A stretch of DNA of 64,000 bases from Tortispora ganteri. Taxonomy: Eukaryota. How positions within the stretch are numbered: position 1 is the stretch's first letter; each line of letters opens with the position of its first letter. Under the pieces are notes generated by a model. The model was not told the origin of the DNA. It did not search any database and saw only the letters and a program-made list of their open reading frames with translations. Position numbers and translations under genes: made by a program. This document shows, piece by piece, positions 52,063 through 60,581 of the stretch. Where the stretch lies: positions 620,001 through 684,000 of the forward strand of contig PPNB01000001.1 in assembly GCA_003707115.1 (NCBI GenBank), given 5' to 3'.

Positions 52063-52944
52063 CTACAAATTAGTAACCAATTCAGTAACTAGTCTTTGCA
52101 GATCAAGAGCAGCTTGGCGACCAACTTCCAGGACTTCCTGATGATTAGCCTTGCCTTCAGACATGTCGTATGATTTAATATTTTTAGCGCTCACCCGTTC
52201 AGTAACTGCAACATTAGTGATGAGCGACATTGCTAATACTTTCATATTAGCATGGCGTGCTACGAGGACTTCAGGGACAGTTGACATTCCAACGGCATCT
52301 GCACCCACGGCAAGGAGCATTCTGCATTCCGCGCGAGACTCGTATGTAGGCCCAGACACAAAAGCATAGACTCCTTCTTGTATTGTGCGGTTGGTCAAGT
52401 TCGCGGACAGGTCGAAGATACGTCGACGAAGATCAAAGTCGTAAGCGTCGCTTAAAGCGGTGAATCGAGGACCCAATTCTTCATCGTTTGGGCCCTGGAG
52501 AGGGTTGTTTCCAGTCAAACCAAGAAAGTTAATGTGATCTTCCAGGACCATAATATCTCCAACGCTATAGTTGGGATTGAGACCGCCGGCTGCGTTAGTA
52601 GTGATGAGGGTACTAATTTTGAGGGCTGCGAACACGCGTACAGGGAACGTTGTTGTTTGAATAGCGTGACCTTCATAGAAATGCATTCTTCCGACCATGC
52701 ATAAGACTGTGTGTGATCCGAGTTTTCCGCAGACCAAGATACCAGCGTGACCTGTAGCTGTAGTTGTCGCAAATCCAGGAATATCGCCATAAGGGATCGA
52801 TATTTTAGGTTCCTGTAAGGAGTCAGCGAGGCCACCCAAGCCTGAACCGCATATTATAGCAATTTCTGGGTCTCTTAGCTCGTCAGTGAGCCTAGATTGA
52901 ATGTATTTAGCGGCAACACGTGCAGATTCCTTGATGCTAGCCAT
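52063..52944 (-). CDS. PNP1: Purine nucleoside phosphorylase
   Basis: ICGSGLGG, GRMHFYEG, TNAAGG, GPTYES.AE, GADAVGMSTVPE. Confidence 0.95.
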   Translation of the reverse strand: MASIKESARVAAKYIQSRLTDELRDPEIAIICGSGLGGLADSLQEPKISIPYGDIPGFATTTATGHAGILVCGKLGSHTVLCMVGRMHFYEGHAIQTTTFPVRVFAALKISTLITTNAAGGLNPNYSVGDIMVLEDHINFLGLTGNNPLQGPNDEELGPRFTALSDAYDFDLRRRIFDLSANLTNRTIQEGVYAFVSGPTYESRAECRMLLAVGADAVGMSTVPEVLVARHANMKVLAMSLITNVAVTERVSAKNIKSYDMSEGKANHQEVLEVGRQAALDLQRLVTELVTNL

Positions 52945-53241
52945 AAAGAGTGAGAAGAAACAGAAGACATACTTAGTGCCTCAGCTATTTTATAGTTTGT
53001 GATTACCAAATAAGGTTTTCACACATCAACAAGGTACTGGAGACAGTAGCGCCATGTATTGGCTTCAACAGCTGCTGCAGAAGATAAAAATGCACCGAAA
53101 TATGAAGTAAATGCTTTTAATAAAAGATAAGCTTACCTGCACTTGTATGTTTCGAAAGAGCCAAGTGCAGAACGTATAGAAAGATATATTAAGGTTTGTA
53201 TATAAACTTTTTCACCTTCGCATTTCATTCATAGCTATAGA

Positions 53242-54651
53242 ATGAGAGTGCAGAGGGCTGTGAAGCGTTTTACTGGTGTGCGATGGCATTCGGTTGCAAT
53301 TGTTGGATCAGGACCATCTGGATTTTATTTAGCGACGCGTTTACTGGAAAAAAACCCTGAAGTGACTGTGGACATGTACGAGAAGCTGCCGGTTCCTTTT
53401 GGTCTCGCACGATTTGGTGTAGCGCCAGACCACGAAGACGTGAAGAACTGTAACGACAGGTTTCAAAGTGCCGCTAGAACACATAATTCTCGATTCAGGT
53501 TTATTGGAAACACAGAAGTGGGTGCAGATGTAAGCCTCAAGCAGCTCAAAGATAACTACAACAGTCTAGTTCTCAGCTATGGGTCTTCGGAAGACAATCT
53601 GCTCAATATTCCGGGTGAAGATCTGAAGGGCGTCATCTCGGCTAAAAGTTTTATTATGTGGTATAATGGATATCCTGATCTTGAGCCGCCTACAGGGATA
53701 GAACAGCTTATGAATGCCAATCGTGTGGCCATCATAGGTGCCGGCAATGTGGCGCTAGATGTGGCACGCATGTTGCTCTGCGACCACGAAAAGCGCCTCA
53801 AAAATACAGATATATCTTCTGAAGCACTAGAATTACTCAAAAAGCTTCAAGTGAAGAATGTCAACGTGTATGCTCGCCGGGGACTTTTTAATTCTGCTTT
53901 TACTACGTCAGAACTTAGACCAATGATGAAGCTACCAGGAGTGCAGTTTAGAGAACTCGATAGAGACATGATTCTGCACGAACTGCATCGGCGAGACTCA
54001 TTGTCTAGGAAAGATAGGCGTCTGCTTGAAGTTGTTATGAGAGGATCTAGCGTCAAAAATGGAAGAGCTTCTTGGGCTCTAAACTATTTCAGATCACCAA
54101 AGGAGTTCCTCGGAGACGAACACCAGCATCTGAAGAGTATGACTTTTGAACTGAATAAACCTGCAGGCGATTCTGACTATAAAAACGTTGTACCTACAGG
54201 AAAAATACGTGAACATAAAATACAAACTGCATTTAGATCAATCGGCTACAAGACGATACCTTTGCCTGGTATGGAAGAAATCGGAGTTGAGTTCCAACCT
54301 GGGAAGCCTTATGTTCCAAACAAACTAGGAAGAGTCATGAATTCGAATGGTATTGTCATATCTGGATTGTACACGGCAGGATGGGCTGCTTCAGGGCCAA
54401 CGGGAACTATAGCAACTACCATGATGACATCTTACTCTGTCGCGGAGGAGATGTTAAAAGACATGTCAGCTGACCCCCATAAGAAGCCAGGATATGAGGC
54501 TGTCAAGCCATTGCTTAAGAATACACCGGTCAACTGGCAAGACTGGAATAGACTGAAGACTTATGAGGAGAAGGAAGGGCGAAAGAAGAACAAGCCTCGA
54601 GAGAAAGTGACATCAACGCGCAAAATGCTAGAGATTATGAAACTTAGTTAG
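53242..54651 (+). CDS. ARH1: NADPH:adrenodoxin oxidoreductase (mitochondrial ferredoxin reductase)
   Basis: IVGSGPSGFY, PVPFGLARFGVAPDH, IIGAGNVALDVAR, GW...GPTG.I, KPREK. Confidence 0.93.
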   Translation: MRVQRAVKRFTGVRWHSVAIVGSGPSGFYLATRLLEKNPEVTVDMYEKLPVPFGLARFGVAPDHEDVKNCNDRFQSAARTHNSRFRFIGNTEVGADVSLKQLKDNYNSLVLSYGSSEDNLLNIPGEDLKGVISAKSFIMWYNGYPDLEPPTGIEQLMNANRVAIIGAGNVALDVARMLLCDHEKRLKNTDISSEALELLKKLQVKNVNVYARRGLFNSAFTTSELRPMMKLPGVQFRELDRDMILHELHRRDSLSRKDRRLLEVVMRGSSVKNGRASWALNYFRSPKEFLGDEHQHLKSMTFELNKPAGDSDYKNVVPTGKIREHKIQTAFRSIGYKTIPLPGMEEIGVEFQPGKPYVPNKLGRVMNSNGIVISGLYTAGWAASGPTGTIATTMMTSYSVAEEMLKDMSADPHKKPGYEAVKPLLKNTPVNWQDWNRLKTYEEKEGRKKNKPREKVTSTRKMLEIMKLS

Positions 54652-55757
54652 TCAAGAAGGGCTTCCACATATTCTGCTATGGCAAGTGAAGATGTCAAAC
54701 CAGGCGATTCGATACCGAGAAGGTTTACAAATCCTGGGAATCCCTGTTCCTGCTGTATGATGAAATCTTGGAAGCCACTACCTGCGGGAACGAGTTTAGG
54801 TCGGATTCCCGTGTAGGATGGATGCAATTGGCTCAGTTTTACCTGTGGTAAGTATCTATTTATTTCCTTGAGAGTTTCTTTGAGGTGCTGCGGGTCGTTG
54901 TGTAAAGTGAAGTCCTGATCAGAGTCGACCCATTCTACGTCTGGCCCGAACTTTGCCTGACCACCTAAATCCAGCGTCAAATGGGTACCTAGACCAGCAT
55001 GTCCTGAAGGTACAGGGTATATCAACCTCTTTGTAGGGGCCGGGCCCGAGTAGGAGTAGTAGTTGCCCTTAGCGTAGTACTGTTTTACATGTCTATCGGG
55101 AGGCAGGAGAGAATTGGACACTGAAGGTGCACCATGACCAGCAGCGTTTATGAGATATGTAGTTGTTATATCGATAGTTTCATTGTATGATGTCTCTGCG
55201 AAGACACGGTACCCGCCTGATTCCTTTTCGACTTTTGTGACGGTGGTGCCTAGAGCGATATCGGCGTTTGCGTCAGCTATACGGCTCTGGAGGAAGTCCA
55301 TCAGACCATGCGCAGATATGATTCCAGTGCTCGGAGAATAGAGAGCGGCAATCGCGTGGACATTTGGCTCAATGTTTTTAAGTTGAGAGCGCGAAACCAT
55401 TGATGCTGGAATACCAAGATCTTTTGTTTGGATCAGAAGATCATTAAGTTTTGATTCTTCGAGTGCTGTTTGGGCGACGACAAGTTTGCCACAATTTTTG
55501 TAGTCTATTCCGTTCACAGGGCAGGTCTCATATAGCAATTGTTTCCCTTTAATGCATAGTTTCGATTTGAGTGAGGACGGCGGGTAGTAGAGACCCGCGT
55601 GAATGACTTCGGAGTTGCGCGCTGAGGTCTGAGTGCCTGTCGAAGCAAATTTCTCAATAAGTAGGACTCTGGAACCGTGCAGCGCCGATATTCGCGCGCC
55701 GATAGCGAGACCGACTACACCAGCACCGATAATTACATGCGAAAAGTCTTTGGACAT
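54648..55757 (-). CDS. L-2-hydroxyglutarate dehydrogenase family FAD oxidoreductase
   Basis: IIGAGVVGLA, TSARNSEVIHAGLYY, GLGTHLTLD, GPDVEW, GIESPGLTSSLAIA. Confidence 0.88.
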   Translation of the reverse strand: MSKDFSHVIIGAGVVGLAIGARISALHGSRVLLIEKFASTGTQTSARNSEVIHAGLYYPPSSLKSKLCIKGKQLLYETCPVNGIDYKNCGKLVVAQTALEESKLNDLLIQTKDLGIPASMVSRSQLKNIEPNVHAIAALYSPSTGIISAHGLMDFLQSRIADANADIALGTTVTKVEKESGGYRVFAETSYNETIDITTTYLINAAGHGAPSVSNSLLPPDRHVKQYYAKGNYYSYSGPAPTKRLIYPVPSGHAGLGTHLTLDLGGQAKFGPDVEWVDSDQDFTLHNDPQHLKETLKEINRYLPQVKLSQLHPSYTGIRPKLVPAGSGFQDFIIQQEQGFPGFVNLLGIESPGLTSSLAIAEYVEALLD

Positions 55758-55924
55758 TAGTGAATGAGAGAGCAGGACAAGTACGGTGAGTGGAGAGGGA
55801 GATGTGTGTGGGAGATGGAGTTAGTATATTCGTATGTAACAGTGTACAGGAAATCGCACAAAGTGGGCAGTATCCCTGCAGGTGGCAGTGAGTATCGTAA
55901 GTTCAGCAGTTATGAGTAGCCGTC

Positions 55925-56641
55925 TTAGTCGGATTTGTGGTGGCGTTTCTCTTTGGTGGGTTTGGCGTCATCGATCTGATAAAAGGGCACAAAGGAGGCA
56001 AAGAAGCCTACATCTGCAAAGAGGTTTGGCAGGAGCCAGAAGCGCTTACCTGCAATGAGGTAGATCATCGAGAAGAGCACTAGTCTGATAATTGCAAGCG
56101 CGAAAAGGAAAACTAGGAATGCCATTGCACCCATGGACAGGAACCAAGCGCCTCGTCGCATGAATTGTGGCCATAGTGGGAACAAACAGAGGGCGAGAAT
56201 GCCGATGATGACTAGACTCGCATAAAGGTAGCTCGTAGCTTGAACAGGTTCATAAAGCCATATGTAGTATTCGTTATCAGCTATGAGCTGTTGTGCAGGA
56301 GAGACCATCATGACAGGAGATCCATTTTTGGGTACTTTTGACGCCGGTATGACCATCGAATGAGGTTTCATTTTCTCGACGCGCATGGACAGTCTATGTG
56401 TAGGAAGCAATGCAAACACTTTCAGTGCATCTTGTGGCGAATTTACTGGCGGTAGTAGATTATTCTTTGATCGTGCGGCTTTATAGTCTTCACTAACTAG
56501 CGCACGCACAGCTCTCTTTACCCTGTAAATTTCTGATATTTTGTCATTGTAGTTGATAGCTATCCCTGGCCGCTGTTTTAGTTCCGGTCGGCGTCTCAGG
56601 AAATTAGCCACGGCAAGTGCTTGTGGTTTCGTGTCTGCCAT
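55925..56641 (-). CDS. SEC62: Translocon-associated protein Sec62
   Basis: RVKRAVRAL, YYIWLYE, CLFPLWP, two TM helices, FWLLPNLFADVGFFASFVP; ATG at 56641. Confidence 0.9.
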   Translation of the reverse strand: MADTKPQALAVANFLRRRPELKQRPGIAINYNDKISEIYRVKRAVRALVSEDYKAARSKNNLLPPVNSPQDALKVFALLPTHRLSMRVEKMKPHSMVIPASKVPKNGSPVMMVSPAQQLIADNEYYIWLYEPVQATSYLYASLVIIGILALCLFPLWPQFMRRGAWFLSMGAMAFLVFLFALAIIRLVLFSMIYLIAGKRFWLLPNLFADVGFFASFVPFYQIDDAKPTKEKRHHKSD

Positions 56642-56801
56642 TGTTGCCGGGGTTATTTCGTTCCTTTTTATTTGAGCTGATTGTGTTTGTCTCAGTGTGC
56701 GTGTTGTTTTTAAAGGTGTTTGCAAATCTGTGATTGTGAATACCCGCGACCCTCCAAACATTTCGGTGCGCCGCTTTTCCAACCACCTCACATTAACCAG
56801 C

Positions 56802-58415
56802 ATGATCTGGCTCCTACTGGCAGCTATAGTCCTCGCAGAGAGCTTGCTAGACGTTTATTTTGCTAATCCGTTTGATGCTGCTATACAAGCGCAGAGAGAC
56901 GCAGGAATAGGTATCCAAATATCATACGTTTCGTACCCTGGCGTCTCAATGGCCTCCTCCGTGTTTTTCTCAAACGCCGCATCTGCTGACCTCGACGGCC
57001 TTTATACCGTCCAAAACATCAACAACGTATCACGAATAGTTGCTGCTGGATTCACACGCTACGCCATAGATGTTTATTACAACCAGCGTCTCAGTGTATG
57101 GCAACTCTGTCCCATGGACATACCCTCGATAATGCACGAGAATGTCGACCCGAACGATATTCACGATATAAGTCCGCTGTTCCAACTATATCAAGTCTCT
57201 ACTGAAGACGCAGTATACCAATGTCAGCCCTCGGCTACGCTTGCTGCACTCTTTGCTGCCTTGTCTAGAGAAATCACCACACGCGACAACTACGAATCCT
57301 CCGTCATGTTCCACATCGTTCTCAACCTGCACTATGCGCAAACACCTACTAATTACTTCAACGTATCTACCCCGGAGGTTACTGGCACAGTGAATCTGCA
57401 TGATTTCCAGAGAACGATAGGCACACTTGTCACGCGATCTTTCAGGACTACTATCCTTGACGCCTCACTGTACCCAGCATATCCTCAATATCCTACGATG
57501 TATGACATCGTGTTCAACCTCCAGACACCACTTATAGTCTCTTTGAACTCCTCAGATGTTTCTACGGACGCATTTGACCCAAACGACACCTCTAATGCCT
57601 GCATTTTCACTTCTTCTCAGCTCCCACTTACGAACGCCTACGATCTTGCAAACTCGTGTCTCAACGACAACGCAACATATATTTCCCGTCTCAGAGATTC
57701 AACTAATTACGACGCATACAGCTGGCTGTATTTCTCAGACACCAAGGATATTGCCTTAAACGAAACCACCATATCTGCATTAACCGCATGTGGCATATCG
57801 CCGATGCTTACACAGCCTCAGAATGACCTCTACGATATACTCAAATATAACAACAGTATTTTTTGGTCCTGGAAACCCAGAAATGCAACGCTATACACTG
57901 CAAGTGATAATGCACGCTGCGCCGCTGCAACACCTGAAGGATGGGTTGTTTTGCCGTGTGACACGCCTCTCCCGGTCTGCTGTCGCACAAGCACAGATAA
58001 TAGTCGCTTGGTTGCAAGTGAATGGTTGTTATCCACCACTAATTATGACTATGAGAATGCTTACTGCTCTACAGGTTCTTTTAGCGCGCCAGTAACATCA
58101 TATGACTATATGTACTTGCGAAGTGTTCTGAAGGAGGCTGGCCTTAACACACGGGCATGGATCATGTTGAACGCTGTTGACGAAAAAAACTGCTGGGTAA
58201 TCGGTTCCATAGATAAGCCCTGTCCCTATGTTGATATCTCAAGCCTGTCCATCACACTCACATACCTCATTCTCAGCATTATATTCATATGCTTTGTGCT
58301 ATATTGGATCCTCTACTCCCGCTGCGTTAGCTATCGGGCGCTGCGTGCTCACCGATCTAGATACAGACTGATAAAAGATTTTCACAAGACCGATTTCGAC
58401 GGCGTGCCAATCTAA
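56802..58415 (+). CDS. MTC6: Mtc6-like type I membrane protein (PLC-like domain plus lectin-like Cys domain)
   Basis: Signal peptide, QRD...., WQLCP, CGISP, WSW, C-terminal TM helix and terminal DGVPI; ATG at 56802. Confidence 0.72.
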   Translation: MIWLLLAAIVLAESLLDVYFANPFDAAIQAQRDAGIGIQISYVSYPGVSMASSVFFSNAASADLDGLYTVQNINNVSRIVAAGFTRYAIDVYYNQRLSVWQLCPMDIPSIMHENVDPNDIHDISPLFQLYQVSTEDAVYQCQPSATLAALFAALSREITTRDNYESSVMFHIVLNLHYAQTPTNYFNVSTPEVTGTVNLHDFQRTIGTLVTRSFRTTILDASLYPAYPQYPTMYDIVFNLQTPLIVSLNSSDVSTDAFDPNDTSNACIFTSSQLPLTNAYDLANSCLNDNATYISRLRDSTNYDAYSWLYFSDTKDIALNETTISALTACGISPMLTQPQNDLYDILKYNNSIFWSWKPRNATLYTASDNARCAAATPEGWVVLPCDTPLPVCCRTSTDNSRLVASEWLLSTTNYDYENAYCSTGSFSAPVTSYDYMYLRSVLKEAGLNTRAWIMLNAVDEKNCWVIGSIDKPCPYVDISSLSITLTYLILSIIFICFVLYWILYSRCVSYRALRAHRSRYRLIKDFHKTDFDGVPI

Positions 58416-58540
58416 CTGTATCCTCTTAACTCTTAATAGAGCGCCAACGCATGCAAGTTTGGCCAATGGATATTCGGTGCCGAAGCCGAATATGGTCGCG
58501 AATTACGCTTCTCGGACAAATACAGATCCAACCTTGCATA

Positions 58541-58987
58541 GTCATTGACGTATCATTGTCCTCGCTTTCTCTATGTACAAACTTCTTTGAAACGTGGAAA
58601 CTATGACCCCCCTATTTGCATTCGACTGTATTCTTTAAACCTTATTAAAGTTTCTCTCGACTCCGCTTTCTTTGAAATCTCGTTGTGAACCAAAGTGTCA
58701 TTGTTCAGGTGTCATTGTTCGTTCTTTATTCCAGCCAATTAGACTGTTGAACTAATCGGAGCTGCAGCTGAAAGTTCATTATCTTGAACTATAATATTTT
58801 TATTCTTTTATTAGATTAAGAGTGTCATTGTCAGTTTCCTTATGTGTCAATTTTTCTATTGAACCTTCTCAACAATGACCCTTCTTGGTGTGCTGATTGG
58901 TCTGGTGAGCTTCAAAGAAACCACCCCGAGCGAGCAGTTTTCATTGACCGAAAATAATATAAATAGATGTCGATATCCCATGTTTCA
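58541..58987 (+). promoter_or_regulatory. Promoter of pheromone gene copy 1: clustered TCATTGT (HMG-box) sites, PRE-like sites and TATA
   Basis: GTATCATTGTC 58550, GTGTCATTGTTC at 58695 and 58709, GTGTCATTGTC 58822, AACAATGAC 58871; TGAAACG 58588; TATAAATA 58958. Confidence 0.75.
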
Positions 58988-59028
58988 AATCATCAATCAA
59001 CATCGAACAATCAACTCATCAACTAACA

Positions 59029-59133
59029 ATGGAATCAATCACTTTCAACATCAAGCCCACCACCACTTCTGCTGCCCCTGCTGAGGTCTCTGCCCCCAAG
59101 AACGAGGGGTATGCCTATTGCAACATCATGTAA
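59029..59133 (+). CDS. a-factor-class lipopeptide pheromone precursor, copy 1 (34 aa, CAAX = CNIM)
   Basis: MESITFNIKPTTTSAAPAEVSAPKNEGYAYCNIM*; good start context (AACAATGG), upstream TATA box, duplicated with only synonymous changes. Confidence 0.88.
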   Translation: MESITFNIKPTTTSAAPAEVSAPKNEGYAYCNIM

Positions 59134-59959
59134 GCTATGCTTATATACAGTCTTTTCTTTATTTAGAGGCTCTGACTGCTCCTTTGATGCGTGAGATGAA
59201 TCAGTTATTTCTTTTTCACTGCAATCTTACCTTGGTTACATGTTCATCATAAGCTACAGTCATACTCGTTATTTATACAATATTTGCCGGCAAAAATGTA
59301 AAAATGTGTAGTCGTTAGTTTGTAGAGTTAATCATACTATAGAAAAGAATACGTAAGTCCAGGCTGCGCCCATTTATCCTGAAAACAGTCGGAGAAAGCA
59401 CGTACTGCATGCGAGATACATAAAAACATTTAGCACAGGGCGAACTAGTGAAGAAAATAATAAATGAACTTATCTTAAACACAAATATCGTGCCAATCGC
59501 GTGTGTACAGATAAATTGTGTAATTTCTGTAGCAAAAAATTTAGTCAGGCCAATGTGAAACACACCACAAACACATGTTTGGTGCATTTGTTTTCATTCG
59601 ATTCCTAGCAAGCAACTTTTAGCTTTTAAAATTATATAATAACCGTATAAAAACCTCATCGGTTCATATAGATGTTATCAGTGAGATGCAAAATTACCTT
59701 ATGGTCAGTGCAACCATCCACCTAGCGCTAACAAAATTCGTCATCGAAGACGACGAAAAGCCTTTAACTTAAAACCACCTGCATCAATCCGAATATTAAC
59801 AAAAGTCTGCCAAAAAGTGTATCCAATAGCATCGAAAATAAAATAAACGTGATATAATCACATCAGGTTCAGAGCATGCACTATCTTTCGTTCAAACTTG
59901 GCGATGGAGGAATGTGATCAGCGAATAGTTAAGTATCCCTCGACAACTCTTTGGAAAAG

Positions 59960-60213
59960 AAACAATAGACTGTGATACTATGAGGAGGTATCATTGTTTC
60001 CATCAAATAATTTATATTGAAAGGAACCACCAAATCATTAGACTTTCTAAAGGATCATTGTCAGCTTCCTATTCAGGTTAATGTAGCTGATAAGCTTCCA
60101 CACAATGACACTTTAGAGCAACATGATTGGAGTAGCATTTCAAAAGAACTACGCTAGAATCGTTGAAACGAGAAACCAGACGAATATAAATACATGTCAT
60201 TTTCTCCGTTTCA
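59960..60213 (+). promoter_or_regulatory. Promoter of pheromone gene copy 2: TCATTGT sites, Mcm1-like box, PRE-like sites and TATA
   Basis: AAACAATAG 59960, GTATCATTGTTTCC 59988, TCATTGTC 60055 followed by CCTATTCAGG 60068-60077, ACAATGACAC 60102, TGAAACG 60164, TATAAATA 60185. Confidence 0.75.
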
Positions 60214-60258
60214 TAATCATCAAACAATTAACTCGATCAATCAACTCATCAACTAGCA

Positions 60259-60363
60259 ATGGAATCAATCACTTTCAACATCAAGCCCACCACCACCTCT
60301 GCTGCTCCTGCTGAAGTTTCGGCTCCCAAGAATGAGGGATACGCCTATTGCAACATCATGTAA
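60259..60363 (+). CDS. a-factor-class lipopeptide pheromone precursor, copy 2 (identical 34-aa product)
   Basis: Same peptide as 59029-59133; 9 nucleotide differences, all synonymous third-position changes. Confidence 0.88.
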   Translation: MESITFNIKPTTTSAAPAEVSAPKNEGYAYCNIM

Positions 60364-60581
60364 GTTGCATTCAAATTCTCTTTCTCAATCTTTCCTGTAT
60401 CATGGTTGCGACTCCTGTCATGTAAGGTTCATCAAACATTCGGATGTATGTTTTGATTCATTTTCTATGGTAGGTTCTCACAAAATCAGGTGCAGTTGAG
60501 ACAAATATTTATACTCTTGCCGGCAAAAAAACCGTTAATTCGTAACACTCGTAAGCCATATAATTAGTAAAGTAGAAGGCA

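Noticed and set aside
59315..59587. 90-aa minus-strand ORF between the pheromone copies
   Set aside because: AT-rich, with no recognisable motif; likely spurious
58875..60314. ORF-track entries 58875-59084 and 60123-60314 sharing NGINHFQHQAHHH
   Set aside because: These are out-of-frame shadows of the duplicated pheromone genes. The nucleotide differences are all synonymous only in the CAAX frame.
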